Assembly: GCF_018977255.1 (NCBI RefSeq)
Contig: NW_024704749.1
Location: forward strand, 18,972,001-19,036,000
Direction: 5' to 3'
DNA: 64,000 bases
Source: Callorhinchus milii
Lineage: Eukaryota
A program made the position numbers and the translations under genes. The notes under the pieces are model-generated. The model was given only the letters and a program-made list of their open reading frames with translations, searched no databases and had not been told where the DNA came from. This document shows positions 24,401-38,830 of this stretch, piece after piece. Every line of letters begins with the position of its first letter. The first letter of the stretch is position 1.

Positions 24401-27400
24401 GGAGTGAAATTACAGAAAATCTGCCCACGTAGCTTTAAACACAAAAGGATGGGTGGAAGTGGTCGTGTTGGAAGTGGTTTCTGTCTGCAGGCTGATAGAC
24501 TAATAATAATACTTGTATTTAATGTAATGCCTTATCACGTTGTTGTGATGTCTCAAATGGCTCCTAATCTAGGCTTATTCTCACCAATGTAGCCCAGCTC
24601 AGTTGTTGGCACCTTTGTTTTTGATCAGAAGGCTATGGGCTCAATCACACCAATGCTGGACCTCACAGCACTAGGCAATCAATCCCGTGAATCACTACCG
24701 GATTGTTTAAGCGCTGCTGTCTATTGGACAAAGTCACGGTTACCTATTCAGGTGTAGGCGAAAGATCCTGTGACTTTATTGGAAAAGGGAATAGAGTGAC
24801 TCCCTCTCTCTTACCCCCACAACCCTTGCCCCCCCCAAAGTATCCAGACCATTAATAATAATAATAATCCTTGCATCATCCTCTGGGACCTTACCAAAAA
24901 AATTAGCTGCTGCATTTGCCTATATAAAAAGTCACTACACTTGCCAGTAATTACACATGATGAGGTTGAGATGTGATGAGGTTATAAACATGCATGTTCT
25001 TTCTGTGAAGGAGATCACACCCAAATCAGCAGGCTGGGGTGAGGGAGTGCAGGAGGTTCACATGAGTCAATTTGACGTGGATGGCGTGTAGTGTGGGAGG
25101 AACCTAGGACCAGGTGTTATATTCTGCTGTGTTGCAGAAGTATGAGCTGGGACAAAAGAGGTTGTGCTGATAGTGAGAGAGGAATGAATTAAGGTATTGT
25201 ATTGCAGCACTCCTTACACTGGAGAGGGGAAGGATGGGAAGAGGCATCTAACATTGTCTCCTGATGTACTGGACATGGGAGTGTAGGTGGCTTGAAGATG
25301 AACGACAATTTTACATTTATAGTGAGCCTTTCCCAGTGAGGGATGTCTCAAAGCGCTAAACAGAATCATCTGGTAGTTCACACTGGGGGTGGGGGGAGTT
25401 GCGGAAGGTGTGGTGTGGGGAGGGGGGATGACCATACGTTCGGTTGAAAAGAAAGACTGTGCTTAAAAATGGGGGGAGATGACAGGAAGGAAATGAGTCG
25501 GAGGGATGGTTGTGCTCCAGAGTGCGGGGGCAGAATGGTTGAAAATTCGCCCGCTGAGGGTGGTTGACTCTTTGTCGGAAGGCACGGGTGAGGGGGCGGT
25601 GCAGGGAATGGGAAGTTTCGATATCTGGAGGAAACTGCAATGCAGGAAAGAGGAAGTAGACCGCAGAGCGGGCAGGCTCAGACATAAAGAAACAACAACA
25701 GCAACAAGATTACATTTGTATGGCGCCTTTCACGTCAGGTGGAGGTCTCAAGAGAGAAGGAGAGAATGTTTGTGAGTAGTCAGCAAGATTATTATGGAGA
25801 TAGAGGGGAGACGGGTTCATTTGGGCATCGGCTGGAGTTTGTCAACGAGCTCAAGTCGACAAAGCCTTGCATTGGTGATTTAGTGTGAGCGAGCAGCAAG
25901 TTAATTAATGAGAATAGGAATAGCAGGACTGGATGCCAGGCTGAGGCACCTGCAACCTGCCCCTGCACCATCCTGGCTCCAGAATATCTGGCGACACAGC
26001 ATCAGCGTCAAATGGGTGAGGACTGTGCTCTCAACCAGAGAAATGACACGTCTGAGCATCAATCAGCCACATTCTCAGGTCTCTCCGACTTGCTCCCTTT
26101 CTCAAGGTACTCTCTCATAACAACATCAACAACTTGCATTTATATGGCGCCCCTCACACAGGGTGGCGTGCCAGAGCACATAAAGTATGTTCGATCATGC
26201 TTTCCGTCACCTTTCCCCTCCTTACCCACCTCCCCTAACACACACAGCAACCACCCTCAGCTCTGGTGGCCAGCCAGACTGAATTGCATCGCAACGTGTC
26301 ACTGGGAAGCTACCTGTCCAGGAGGTTGGCACATTAGTTAATGAGAACAGGAGTAGCAGGACTGGATGCCAGGCCGAGTTAGTTGTGAGAGACAGAGTTG
26401 CTGAGGGGTAGAATTTTGAGGAGGTAATGGGTAGCACACAGGCAGACAGGAGACAGGAAGAACTCTGCTGAGTTTCCAATTCTGTGGACAAAGACCATTC
26501 GCAATTAACACCATGACACAAAGTGGCTGCCGCAGAGGCCAAGTCACCTGGACAGGGACATGTTAGTTATGAGGGAGCCTACAATTAGGAGATTGTTAAC
26601 CGGTGCAACCTGGTTCAGTTGGTACCACTCTCGCCTCGGAGTCAGAAGGTTTGTGGGTTCAAAGCTTCATGTCAGAACTTTGAAGTAGTAGTCCAGACTG
26701 ACACTCTAATGCAGTGATGGGAGTGCGTTGCATTATTGGAGGTGCTGTACATCAGATGAGATGTTAAACTGAGGTTCCACCTGCCTATTCAGGTGGACAG
26801 TAAAGATCCCACGGCACTGTTCGAACAGAGAAGGCACTTTCTCTCTCCTGGCGTTCCCCAAATAAAATTGGTCACTCACTCCATGGCTGCTTGTTCGCCT
26901 ACAAAAACAGTCACTACGCTTCACAGCAAAATCCTGTGCAGCACTTTGAGTCTCCCTTCTGACACGAAACGCACTGTATCAAAGGGAAGGATGATTGTTA
27001 TTATTATAATGCTGATGGTGGAAAGGGAAGTGAGAAAATCAACTCAGAACATAGAGTTTTTGAGCACAGACGAACCCTAATCGGCCTATTGTGCTAACTT
27101 TGCTTTCCAATTCATTCAGCTTTAGATTTGGCTCTCCATATCTGCCTGAGAACTTCCACAGAAAGTCATGCAGCCCACTCTACTTCCCCATACCACTACA
27201 CACTTCCCTTTACCCCACTCCTACTTCCCTGTCCTCCCGCCATATCCTTCCAAGTTTTCTCCTTCCTAATTATCCATCCAATTATACACAGAATTACACA
27301 TTCTCTCAACACCAACTTGCATTTATTTAGCGCCCTTCATACGCAGGATAGTGTCTTGGAGCGCTGCACAATGGTGGAGTTTGGACCCCGAGTGTGGGAG

Positions 27401-30400
27401 AGGGGGGATTGGGGTGGTAACCATAGGCAAATGGTTTATTTCTATCCAGTTTATTACACTACCTTTCCTACAGTGACCCTCAAGTTGCATCATTATCTCT
27501 TATGTGGTACCTTATCAATGGCCTTCTGAAAGTTCGTGTACAGAACAGTCACGGCAACTCTCTCATTACGGTTAGTTATTTCCTCAGCGAATTCAATTAG
27601 ATTAGATTGGAATGAGGCTGAGGTCACAGAGGGATTAAAAACACAGGCAAGGATCCCAAAATAAATCTGCTGTGGGACAGGGAATCGATTTGGGAGTCGG
27701 GGTTTCAAGAGGCCATAGGTTGGAATTCTTGCAAAAATGTATTCACCCCCCCCCCCCCACTCCCCGAGCCTTTCACTGTCCTGCAATCTCATACAGAACC
27801 ACAACCTGACTCACACACTCCTCACAATAATGGAATCCAGCCTGTTCCTTCCTGATCAACAAATTGCATTTACATAGCGCCCCTCATGCAGGTTAGTGTC
27901 CCAAAGAGTTTGACACTGATGGAGCACGATGCTGAGCCAGGGGGAGGAAGGGGGATCAAACCACAAGCTTCTGATATACATGCAGTGACTACCCAAAGCA
28001 CAACTTTAAGAGCCACTGAAATCAAATAGCAAAGAGTGGATCCACTAGGACGTTACCTGGGGTGATGAGTTTGTTAGGAAAAGGAAAGTTGTTTCGCCTA
28101 CAAAATACACAGTCACTCCACTTTACAGTATAATCTGTGAAGCATGATAAGGTGCTGTATCAAATGCAAGGATTATTGTTTTACCGTTAAAACTGAGAAG
28201 GTTCGGGAAGGGGACCGGACAAAGTTTTCCAAGGATTATGAAGCTTCGAGAGGTTAATAGTAATAGATCAGTTCCTTTAGTCGGTGAGTCAGAAATGAAA
28301 GGGCACAAATTTAATGTGATCGCAAAAGCAATTAAAGGGGAGGTTTGAAGAAAACCTTTAAACATTAGGTGGTAGGGATGTTGTTGAGCCTATAAATTCT
28401 TTTAAAGGGGAATTTAATAAGATACTGGAAAAAAAATAAAAGTTATGAAGAGTGAGCAGGAGAGTGAGATTCGTTCAGGTGAAGAAAACACCAGTGAAGA
28501 CGTCACGTCTCCAGTGGTCTGTGTGTGTGGTGTGACATTAGATGAACCCGGAGTTGAGGAAATGTACATGGTTTAAGCAGGTTTGGAGTGTAAGCAGGGA
28601 GTGCCCTGGAGGTAAAAATTTGTAGGAGATGGATTGGATGTGGATTTTGAAACTCAGCTCGGGGCTGACCTGAAATCAGATGTTGCCTAACGACAGGTTC
28701 AGCCTGAATGAGCAGCCAGAAAGGTTGCTGGAGCCAAAGCACACAGAAAGGCACTGTCTGTTGCAGCAATATGGCATATTGCAAATTAGAAATCCATGCT
28801 GAGTAAACCAATTTTAAGCTGAACAGTAAAGGAGACCTGACAATTGGCCTCAGCGCAATTCAGCTGAAGGCGGAGGGATGGGGAGACGAAAGAGAAGGGG
28901 AAGAAAATTAATTAAATCATATCAGAAGGAACATCTCAAAGCGCTTCACAGGATATAAAGTGCAATGGTAGTATTTGAAGGCCAATACAGCAGCCAACTT
29001 GTGAAGAGAAATGGCTTACAAACAGCTATGAATTAGCCGGGGTGCCCGCTTCCACTCCAGATCACCAGAACATTTACATTGGAGGCTGGCTGTTCTCAGC
29101 CTGAGTGGTGATGCCCCTATGATCTGATAGCTTGATCTCCTGATGCTCTCTGTCTGGGTTGACACTCAGACATGGTCGAGATACCAGAGGACAGACAGCA
29201 CCCGTGAAACCGAACCCTGCAAATATCAGCACCCCAGAGACTGGCAGGAAAGAGGGAAAGAAGAAGAAAAGTGCCAACTTTTAAAGAGGACAACCTTAAT
29301 GTTAAGCACCTAAGGGTATGGAACAAGGCCATTTGGTTGTCCCTCTTCAGACCAAAGAATCACCCTACCCTACCACGGTCTGACCCATCTCCACCATAAT
29401 AGGGTTCTGTCTATATTGACCCAGCCGGCACCCGCCCAGCTCAAATGACCAAATCTCTAACAAGTCTGGCCGCAAAAAAGCACTCTCCCATCGAGACAAC
29501 AACTTGCTCTCACATGCCACCCTTCACATGGGGCAGAGTCTCGGAGCGCTTAACAGTGGCGAAGCCTGTCGCCGAGCCGGGGGAGGGAGGCAGGGAGGAG
29601 GTGACCGTAAGCATAGACAAAGAGGCCATCATGGCAGTCAGTGCTAATGATAGCTCTAACATCACACACATCGCTGAGTCAAACAGGAAGGAAAGGAAGG
29701 CAAGAGACTTACATCCTCTTTCAGCATGGTCTGTGCTGCCTCGCTCATCACACTTTTTGCATCACTCTTCTTCTGCCTGTTGATGAAGACGATACCAGTG
29801 AGCCAGCACACCAGCCCCACAGTGCCGGCATACATCAGCTCCTTCTTAGCAATAGCAACGCAGCGATCGGGCAGGATTTCCATCATACCTGGCAAAGCAA
29901 AACAACTTCCTTACCAGCGGCACCTTTACCCATCAGAGAATTGTAATGATAATAAATAATAATACTTGCCTTTGATATAGTGCCTTATCATGTCATCATG
30001 ACACCTCAAAGCGCTTCACAGTATATACCATAAAGTAGAGTGACTGTGTATTTTGTGGGTGAAACGTGGCAGCCAGTTTGTGTACAGCAACGTTCCACAA
30101 ACAGCCATGGAGTGAGTGACCAATTTTATTTGGGGGATTTATTGGCCAGGACACCGGGAGACAGAAACGGGTTTCACCACTACACTGCAGGAAGATCATA
30201 AAATATACAGCATGGATTCACTAGAACGTTATCAGCGATGAGGGGTCTCACTAGATCTGAGAAATAATAATAATAAATAATTATTGCATCTAATGCAATT
30301 AACGCTTTTCACGTTGGGAGTACATCAGAAAGTTTTATGCAAGTATGGAGATTATGTCTTTGTAGGAGAACATTGCAAATAATGTGTACACTGAAGTGTC

Positions 30401-33400
30401 CCACAAACAGCTATGAAGTGAGTGACTAATTTTATCTGGAGGGTTGTTGACCAGGGCACAGGGAGAAACTTCCTTCCCTTTTCGCTGGCCCTTTGAAAGA
30501 GCAACCTTTTAGTCCCATTTATCTGATTTTTCATAGCGTGTAGATCCTCACCACATCACCTGCAAATGATTCATTTACTCGGTTGCTACCAGGGCCTTTA
30601 ACATCCTACAAACAGTGTGTAAAAATATTACTATTCCTTCAAAAATTACCGTGTTGCTCATTATCTTGAATCAGTGCCCTTCGGTCGCCAACCAGTGAAA
30701 ATAATTCCTCCCCATCGCCTCTATCAAAACTTCTTACCCCACTTTAGAAAGGATGTCAGGTCCAAATAAAGGTTACAGAGAAGATTTACTAGGATGATAC
30801 CAATCAGGTGGGTGTTGAAAGAGAAGAAAGTTTCTCCCAGTCTCCAAGCCAACAACATTCAAGAGAAATTAGTCATGCACTTCATGCTTGTGGATCATTG
30901 CTGTGTGTAAATTGGCTGCCACATTCGCCTACAAATAGACAGTCACTAAACTTCACAGGAAATCTGTTAAGTCCTCTGAGACGTTAGATGTTAAAGGTGC
31001 TACATCACAAAAAGATTGCTACTGAAGTTTAATTCCACTGACAGTGTAACTGTGGAATTCTGTTGCATATTGGTTAGAGCACTCGCCTCACAAGTGAGAG
31101 TACCCGATGTGTTGAATGAGTACTTTGCGTCTGTCTTCAACAAAGAAGTGGATGCACCAAATGCTGCAGTATTGGAGAAGAGCGTAGAGGAAATGTATAG
31201 GATAAGTATAAACAGAAAGGAAGTACTGAAAAGGTTGACTGCGCTGAAGGTAGATAAGCTATTGGATATAATTGGCTATAATTTTTCAATCTTCGTTGGA
31301 CACAGGAGTGGTGCCAGAGGACTGGAGAGTGGCCAATGTGACTCCCCTGTACAAAAAGGGACACAAGGATAAACCTGGGAACTATAGGCCAGTCAGCCTA
31401 ACATCAGTAGTGGGGAAACTCCTGGAGACTATAATCCGGGACAGAATAAATCTTCACCTAGAAGAATATAGATTAATTACGGACAGCCAACATGGATTTG
31501 TTAAAGGCAAATCTTGTCTAACAAATCTAATAGAATTTTTCGATGAGGTAACGGAGAGGGTGGATAAAGGTAGTGCAGTTGATGTAGCTTATATGGACTT
31601 TCAAAAGGTATTTGACAAAGTGCCACATGAAAGACTTGTAAGAAAGATAGAAGCCCATGGTATAAAAGGGACAGTGGCAGCATGGATCCAGAACTGGCCG
31701 GGAGACAGAAAGCAGAGAGTTGTGGTGAACGGCTACTTTTCTGACTGGAGGGAAGTGTACAGTGGCGTCCCCCAGGGATCGGTATTAGGATCACTGCTCT
31801 TCTTAATATACATAAATGATCTGGACTTGGGTATAGCAAGTACCATTTCCAAGTTTGCGGACGACACAAAGTTAGGGAGAGGGTAAACAGTGAGAAGGAT
31901 AGTAGCCAACTGCAGGAAGACATAGACAGAATGGTAAAATGGGTGACACATGGCAGATGAGTTTCAATGTGGAGAAATGCGAAGTAATGCATTTTGGCAG
32001 AAAGAATGAGGGGAGGCAATATAGGCTGGTAATACAATCTTAAGGGGGTAAAAGAACAGAGAGACCTGGGGGTGCAGGTAAGTGAATCCTTGAAGGTGGC
32101 AGGACAGGTAGACAAAGCCGTAGAAAGGGCATATGGGACACTAGGCTTTATAAATAGGGGCATAGAGTACAAGAGACAGGAGGTTATGATTAACCTATAT
32201 AAAACACTGGTTAGGCCTCAGTTAGAATACTGCCTGGAGTTCTGGTACCAGGAATGAGGGACCTTGATTATGAGGAAAGGCTAGAGAGGCTGGGATTATT
32301 CTCATTGGAAGGTTATGAGGAGACCTAATAGAGGTCTTCAAAATCATGAGGGAATTTGATAGGGAAAAACTGTTTCCACTGGTGGTTGTGTCGGTGACTC
32401 GAGGTCACAGATTCAAAATAGTCTCCAAAAGAAGCAGAGGGAAGGTGAGAAGAAATGTTTTCATGCAGCGAGTTGTTCGAATCTGGAACGCATTGCCTGA
32501 AAGGGTGGTCGAGGCCAATTCGATAACTACTTTTACAAACGCGGTGGACGGGTATTTGAGGAGGACGGGTTTGCAGGGTTATGGGGAAGGGGCCGGGGAG
32601 TGGGATTGACATTAATTGCTCTAATCAAAGAGCCGGCACAAACTCGATGGGCAGAATGGCCTCTTTTTGTGCTGCATGATTCTATGATTCTATGATTGTT
32701 TGCAGGACACTTTCACCCATAAAATATAATCAATTCACTTTGCAATGTATTCTGTGAAGCGCTTTGAGACATCTCAATGATGTGATAAGGCGCTATATCA
32801 AATGCAAGATTATAGGATTTTGCCTTACCCATCAGATCCAGAGAGCTCTGGTGGTTGGATATAACCACAAATGGGCCTTTGACCTGAAGGTTTTCCATCC
32901 CGTTGACTTGCAGTTTAATTCCATACAGATATTTGATGTGTTGCAACACGTAACGGACTATTCTGTAAGAAAAAGAAAACCGAGATGTTCAGATGGGAGA
33001 CAAGAACCAGCACGCTTCCCAGGTAACAGGGAGTAATTCTTCCCTAATGAGTGGTTGCTGGATAAACTGGTTCAAGTTTAAAGGCAACCCTCAAACCTAT
33101 ACCAGGAGCTTGGCATATTTCAACAACAACAACTTGCATTTGTATAGGGCCCTTCACGCAGGACAGTATCTCAGAGCACTTAAACAGTGGCGGAGCCCGA
33201 CTCCAAGCCGCGGGGAGGGAGGGGATGACGTAAGCACAGTCGAAGAGCGAGGTCTTCAACTTTCAGCTGATATGAGGCTCACAAAAGCCGTTACCCTCAT
33301 AAGGGAAAGTTACCTTGACAACCAAACAATTCACACCAAATTGCTTAAAAGCATAAACCACAGACGTCAGCAGAGAAAACGCAGGAAGCAACAGGACAAT

Positions 33401-36400
33401 ATGAAGGAGCACATTGCAGTTAGTCCCTCCAGGATTCAGTAAGTCAAAGATTTTCCCCCCAAATGGCCATTCACTGTACAAAAATAATAATCAATCTCGC
33501 ATTTGATACAATGCATTTCATGTCCAACTCCTCAAAGCACTTCCTAGAATCCTAGCTGTAAGCTGCCGTGACTATTTTTGTAAGAAAATGTGGTAGCCGT
33601 TCAATTTATGCACTTTCCCCACCGCATACAGCATCTATCCAAAACAAGCATCATTTTACATCAATAAGTTGAATGTCCTTCCTGTCAAACCTCTGCTCAT
33701 CTTGCAAAATAACTAAATTTAACGTGGCCTTTCACAGTTCATTGAATTCTCCTTTCAACCAGGTTTCCCAGACTGTGGCATGACATGAAAATGTAATCTG
33801 TAACAGTTGCAGTGTGGTCTGTGCTCTAGTCTCAGGCACATTTTTCACTTCCAACGCACAAATTTACACAGGGAAAAAAGTACACCTCCATCTCAGCACA
33901 TCTCCAGCCTCCAAAGCATTCTATAATGACAGTAATTGCAGACTGGTCAGCAAAAACTCCCACTCCCTCTCTCCCCAGTCCTGCTTAGCTGGTTGCAAAA
34001 TTGCCTAAATATATATATATTTTTTTAAAAACACAAGTGACACCGAATGCTACCTTCCCATTCTGTCTCCACCCTCGACTCCTGCTGCCCTGATTGACTG
34101 CCTGTCAGACAGACATCCGAGTCCTGGATGAGCCCTAACTTTTTCCAGCCCAGCATAGACAAACCTGAGGTTCTCTTGCTTGGTTCCCACCAGTGCTTCA
34201 TCACTTCAGGTGCTGACCGCATTGACCTGGTGTTGGATACACCTGGCCGGCTATCCCCATTCCTGCCCCCTCACACCATCCCACATTTGGTCAACTCGCA
34301 GCCATTTTGCCCTCACCCCCTGGAACTCTTCCAAAATCCATCCACCTCCCCCCTTCTCTGCTTTCAAAATTTATCTAAAGACGCAAACCCCTGACTGCAC
34401 CTTCAGCTCTTTCCTAGTTCATGTTCTCACTGAAGTTCTTGGAGACCTTCTCCCTACGTGAAAGGCAAATTTCATTTGAACACGCAAAATACTTTTATTA
34501 CACAGGCTTTAATAACCCTCAAATGTACTAAATTGCTTCCCTTTAAAATCTTTGCTCCTGTCGATGTAGGTGTGTTCTGAAGCTCACTGCATGGGAGGTC
34601 ACAGGTCCAGGCCTGTATCATTGGCCTATTGGCACAGTGCGGCGGTGACTACAGTTATGGAAAACTGGTATCAAATGAAACTGTTGACTCGCACACGACT
34701 ACAAGCTCACAACAGCCATATAGTCTAGGCCTTAACCCAAGTAATGGTCAAGCTCTCCCCGTTGCCAAAAGTCCTTTGGATAAGACAAACTGAGGTCCTC
34801 ACATCTGCTTGCCACCAGGCAGATGTTAAACATCCTGCGACATTACCCAAAGAAAAAGGGCATTTACCAACAATCCTCTACTGTCTCACACCGCAGGCCA
34901 CCGAAACCCTTATACACGCCTTCATTACATCGAGGCTCAACTATGCAAATTCACTGCTTGTGGGCCTCCCCAACTCCTCCTTCCTCAGGCTGCAGATCAT
35001 CCAGAACTCTGCAGCCAGTGTCCTCTCCCGCACTAGGCTCCGCGACCCTATCACCCCCATCTTTGCTCGACTCCACTGGCTTCCCATCACACAAAGGACA
35101 CAGTTCAAGATCCTGGTCCTCACCTTCAAAGCCCTCCACGGTCTTGCTCCTCCCTACTCTCCGACCTCCTAACCCCCTACCACCTTGTTCGCTCCCTCCA
35201 CTCAGTGGGCTCCAGCCTGCTTCACTTCCCCCGCCTCGCTCGCCCAACTATCGGCGGGCAGGCCTTCCGCCACTCTGCACCCACCCTCTGGAACTCCATC
35301 CCGCAGTCCCTCCGGCTCGCCCCCTTCGAGACCCTCCACTTCGACCGTGCTTTCGATCTTCCTGCTTGAATGAAGACCCATTTGATGTCATCCTTCCAGA
35401 ATACCCAACACTCCCATGACAGCACCAAGATTGCTTCTTAAACAAGTCAGGTACTCTCTCCCGGTATCCCTCGCCCCTTCGCACTTTGCTTTCAAATCCC
35501 ACTTGAAGACCTATCTCTTTTTCGACTGTTCAACCGTCAACTCTGAAAGGTGGAAGAACAGGCGAGCAAGCAATCAGAATGGAGAGACCAATATTCTGTG
35601 CTCGTACACAGTAGGTAACCTGGGGACGAAATGGTTTCACTGCATTGGAATACATTTGTGGATTAATCAAAAGCAAAACTGATATATCTCAGCAATTAAG
35701 AGGGGTGTGGCATAAACACTAGAATTCTAAAGTCTAAAGCAGTTTAAAGGAATGGTTACTTTCTCCAAGAATCACTTCCTGTTGTATCATCCCACCCTGT
35801 TAGTGGACGCAGCCCCACGGTACGACAGAGCACAGTCAGCCTTAGCTACCTTTCAGTTCAGGAAAATCTTTACAGGTCACAATAAATCACATAACACAAC
35901 CTGTGCCTGCCAGATAATAATAATAGTAATCCTTGCATTTGATATAGTGCTTTTCACGACTTCTAGACGTCTCAAAGCGCTTCGCAAAATAGGCTGTAAG
36001 GTGAATTGACTGTATATTTGTGGGCGAAACGTGGCAGCCAATTGCGCACAGCAGCGTCCCACAAACAGTCGAGAATTGAAAATGACCAATTTATTATTGT
36101 TTTGGAGGGATTATTATTAGGCGTGTGGAGTAAGGAAACTTGCCCAAGGTTTTGAATCCAGCTGTCTTGCTTGCAAGGCGACTGCTCTAACCACTGAGCT
36201 ACAGGACTCCAGATAACTAATGATCAACAGTGACTATTGTGCTGGTTGTAGTGGAGGGGGGTGAGTGTCTCCTTGGGTCTGAGCTGGCTCGAAGATGACA
36301 AATGTCAAGCCAAGCAGGTCCCTAGTACTCCTAGGTATTGTTGATGTCAGAACAGCCAGTCTGGTTCATTAGCAGGACTTAGAGGGGCAGATTGGGGGCA

Positions 36401-38084
36401 GGGACTCATCCCACTTGGCTCCTGCTAATCCCATAAACCAAAGCCTTAGCACAACCAAAGCCAACCTGTGCCCTGATTTAAGGTATGAATCAAGAAAGAT
36501 TCAATCAAGAAAATGTATTTTGTTTGCCGACCATAAAGGTTGGTCACCACTGCCCTAACGGGTGGGGTGGTCTAGTTGGATCCATAGCAGTGTCCTGGCA
36601 AGCTTGCCCGCTCTATGGAAAGCTCTGCAATGTTACCAGGTTGAATTCCCATCAATGGTATTCGAAGCCTTGGCTCAACCTGCACCTAATACTCCCTGGA
36701 ATTGGTTATGCAATGGGGAGGGTATGCACAATCCACTCCACACACAAGAAAATGTCTGTGTGTCATGTGGAAACATGCAGAACCGTCACTCTGGTTTCAA
36801 CACTCTTAAGCAAGGCTCTGAGTTTCTCCACTCATCAAGACACCCGGGTGATCGGAGGTCCATACAATCACAACCGAATGGGAAATATTCCCAGCAAACC
36901 AATTGTCCCGAGTATCAGACATTCGTCTGATGCTCGGGACAATTGGAATATCGACAGTCATGTCGCAGAAACTAATAGCCTCAAAGATAAGAAAGAGGAG
37001 TAATTGCACAAGTCCTGCACGCAAGGCTGCTCTTTGCCTGCAATGATTTTGCTGAACAGTAGCCAGAGTTTCACAAACAATAACTAACTGCTGGCTGGCC
37101 AGCCAGTTGGGCAAAACAGCCCATGGCGTGACAGAGCATGCACGGTCAGCCCAACTACCTTCCAGTCCAGGAAAATCTTTCCGAGTACCGATCACCTCAA
37201 CATTGCTGCTTCTTGCCTTGTAAATGTAATCCCCCCCCCCCCAACCCAGCCCAGATACACACACCAAGGTCAAATACACCTGCACCCTACACACCCACAC
37301 CCAACACCTAATGTACCATTTCAATTCCTTCCCTACTCCTCCTGGAATGTGTCCACGTCTATGCAGATGGCCTCTGACCACATCCTTCCGGCTGATGTTC
37401 TTTCTTTCGGTCAAAAGACAGTGCAATCAGATTTCAGTGGCTGGTGGGTGGTTGGGATCCAAAGCTCTTAGAAGAGCCGGCCAGGCCGGCGAAGAGAAGG
37501 AGCCCCAGGAGACAGACTTTGCCCCCCACCCCCACCCTCCCCCAGAGGAATGCATCTTGCCTTCCCTCAGCGACCTGGCCGAGAGATAGGGAACTCTGCA
37601 CGGATGCAAAGCACACATACCAGGCATCACACCCACACACACACACCCCCCCCCTCACACCCCCCCACCCTCACACCTCCCCCCACCCACACACACCCCC
37701 ACCCACCCCCCACACACCACCCCCCCCCACACACACCCCTTACCCACACCCCCCCCCACCCACAACCACCACCCCTCACCCACACACAACCCCACCCACA
37801 GCCCCCCCCACCCACACCACCCCCACCCACATACACCCCCCCACACCCCCCCAGCGGGTTCCTGGCACTAGCCGCCAAGGCTGAGGAGGAGCTGTGCCAT
37901 ATGCCACTCACTTCATGTTCTCCACATTCCGGCCCCTCACCAGGCAGAGGGGGATGACGCCCAGAGCCAGAGCCATGATCCAGGAGTAGTAAAAGGCCAT
38001 CTTGAAGTAGTACTTGAAGGTGGCGCTGAGCTGGCACAGCACGGGGATGAGCAGGAGCAGCAGCAGCAGCAGCCACACCGCCAT
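21427..38084 (-). CDS. AGPAT2: 1-acyl-sn-glycerol-3-phosphate acyltransferase beta (LPAAT-beta), 268 aa, 6 exons
   Basis: Exons 38084-37912, 32962-32829, 29888-29713, 23352-23257, 22338-22266, 21581-21427 (173/134/176/96/73/155 nt). Motifs NHQSSLD, FINR, FPEGTRN, VPIIPVV. Divergent from DIPK1B as in human, which favours AGPAT2 over AGPAT1. Candidate AATAAA (-) at 20053-20048. Confidence 0.95.
26605..26995 (+). mobile_element. SacSINE1-like DeuSINE
   Basis: CCTGGTTCAGTTGGTACCACTCTCGCCTCGGAGTCAGAAGG...GGGTTCAA...GATGAGATGTTAAACTGAGG...AAAGATCCCACGGCACT. Related copies near 3735-4045, 13545-13800, 15875-16040(-), 17348-17600, 21650-21845(-), 38833-39297(-), 43900-44218, 46195-46365, 57548-57670 and 58690-59080. 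Confidence 0.75.
31103..32696 (+). mobile_element. 5'-truncated, frameshifted CR1 LINE (ORF2 reverse transcriptase) in AGPAT2 intron 2
   Basis: ORF 31272-31886: [75 protein letters not shown]. Downstream frames continue ([29 protein letters not shown]). Ends in an (ATTCTATG)n tail. Confidence 0.95.
34860..35525 (+). mobile_element. L2 LINE 3' fragment
   Basis: [59 protein letters not shown], the C-terminus of L2 ORF2. Confidence 0.9.
35912..36210 (-). mobile_element. Young SINE2-1_CM-like SINE
   Basis: Very similar to 14322-14640, with an internal deletion in the head region. Confidence 0.88.
37630..37855. repeat. C/A-rich low-complexity tract at the start of AGPAT2 intron 1
   Basis: Irregular CACACCCCCC repeats within 60 bp of the exon 1 donor. 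Confidence 0.85.
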
Positions 38085-38099
38085 GGCCTTGGGCCTGAG

Positions 38100-38470
38100 T
38101 CTGAGCCCGAGCCCGAGGCTCTCAGGCCCAACCTGCCGCCTGGACCCCCGAGCCTCCCGCCTGCCGCCTCCCGCCGCCGCTCGCTTTGTCCAGGGCCCCT
38201 CCTGCTCTCTGCCCTCCCGCCCGGGCTGTGGCCGCTCTCTGTGGCCGGTGTTTCGGTGCCTCTCTCTCTCTCTCTCTCGGCTCCGCTCCCACCCGGGGCT
38301 GCGGTCAGGGCCGCTGTCGGGCCGCTCCGGTCCGGTCTGTCTGTCTCTGGGCTGTGACTGACGCCGCGCTCTCCAGGCTCTGGGGGGCGGGGCTACAGCA
38401 CGTCCGTCGCGTCTGGGCGGGGCCGAGCGCGGCCTGGCGTGACGTCGGCACGTTGGCCACGCCCACCACC
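38100..38470 (-). promoter_or_regulatory. AGPAT2 5' UTR and CpG-island promoter
   Basis: CpG-rich; GC boxes GGGGCGGGG at about 38383 and GGGCGGGGC at about 38415; CRE-like TGACGTC 38440-38446. Confidence 0.6.
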
Positions 38471-38471
38471 C

Positions 38472-38830
38472 TGACTGACACTTAAAGTGACACCAACAGT
38501 GACACCAACACTGACACTCATTGTGACACCAACTGTGACACCAACCCTGACACACATAGTGACACCAACTGTGACACCAACCCTGACACTCATAGTGACA
38601 CCATCAGTGACACCAACCCTGACACACATAGTGACACCAACTGTGACACCAACCCTGACACTCATAGTGAGTGACAGTGACACCAACCCTGACACACATA
38701 GTGACACCAACTGTGACACCAACCCTGACACTCATAGTGACACCAACAGTGACACCAACCCTGACACATCATAGTGACACCAACAGTGACACCAACCCTG
38801 ACACTCATAGTGACACTAACAGTGACACCA
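38472..38830. repeat. GTGACACCAAC-based minisatellite (12-bp monomer, 36-bp higher-order unit)
   Basis: GTGACACCAACTGTGACACCAACCCTGACAC(A/T)CATA repeated; degenerate remnants at about 39300-39350 and 39920-40025. Confidence 0.92.

Noticed and set aside
31272-31886. Intact or domesticated reverse transcriptase gene
   Set aside because: 5'-truncated, internally deleted and frameshifted CR1 copy.
37908-38555. N-terminally extended AGPAT2 (215-aa ORF)
   Set aside because: The extension has no upstream ATG and crosses the promoter and satellite; ATG 38084 has a strong Kozak context and gives a normal-length protein.
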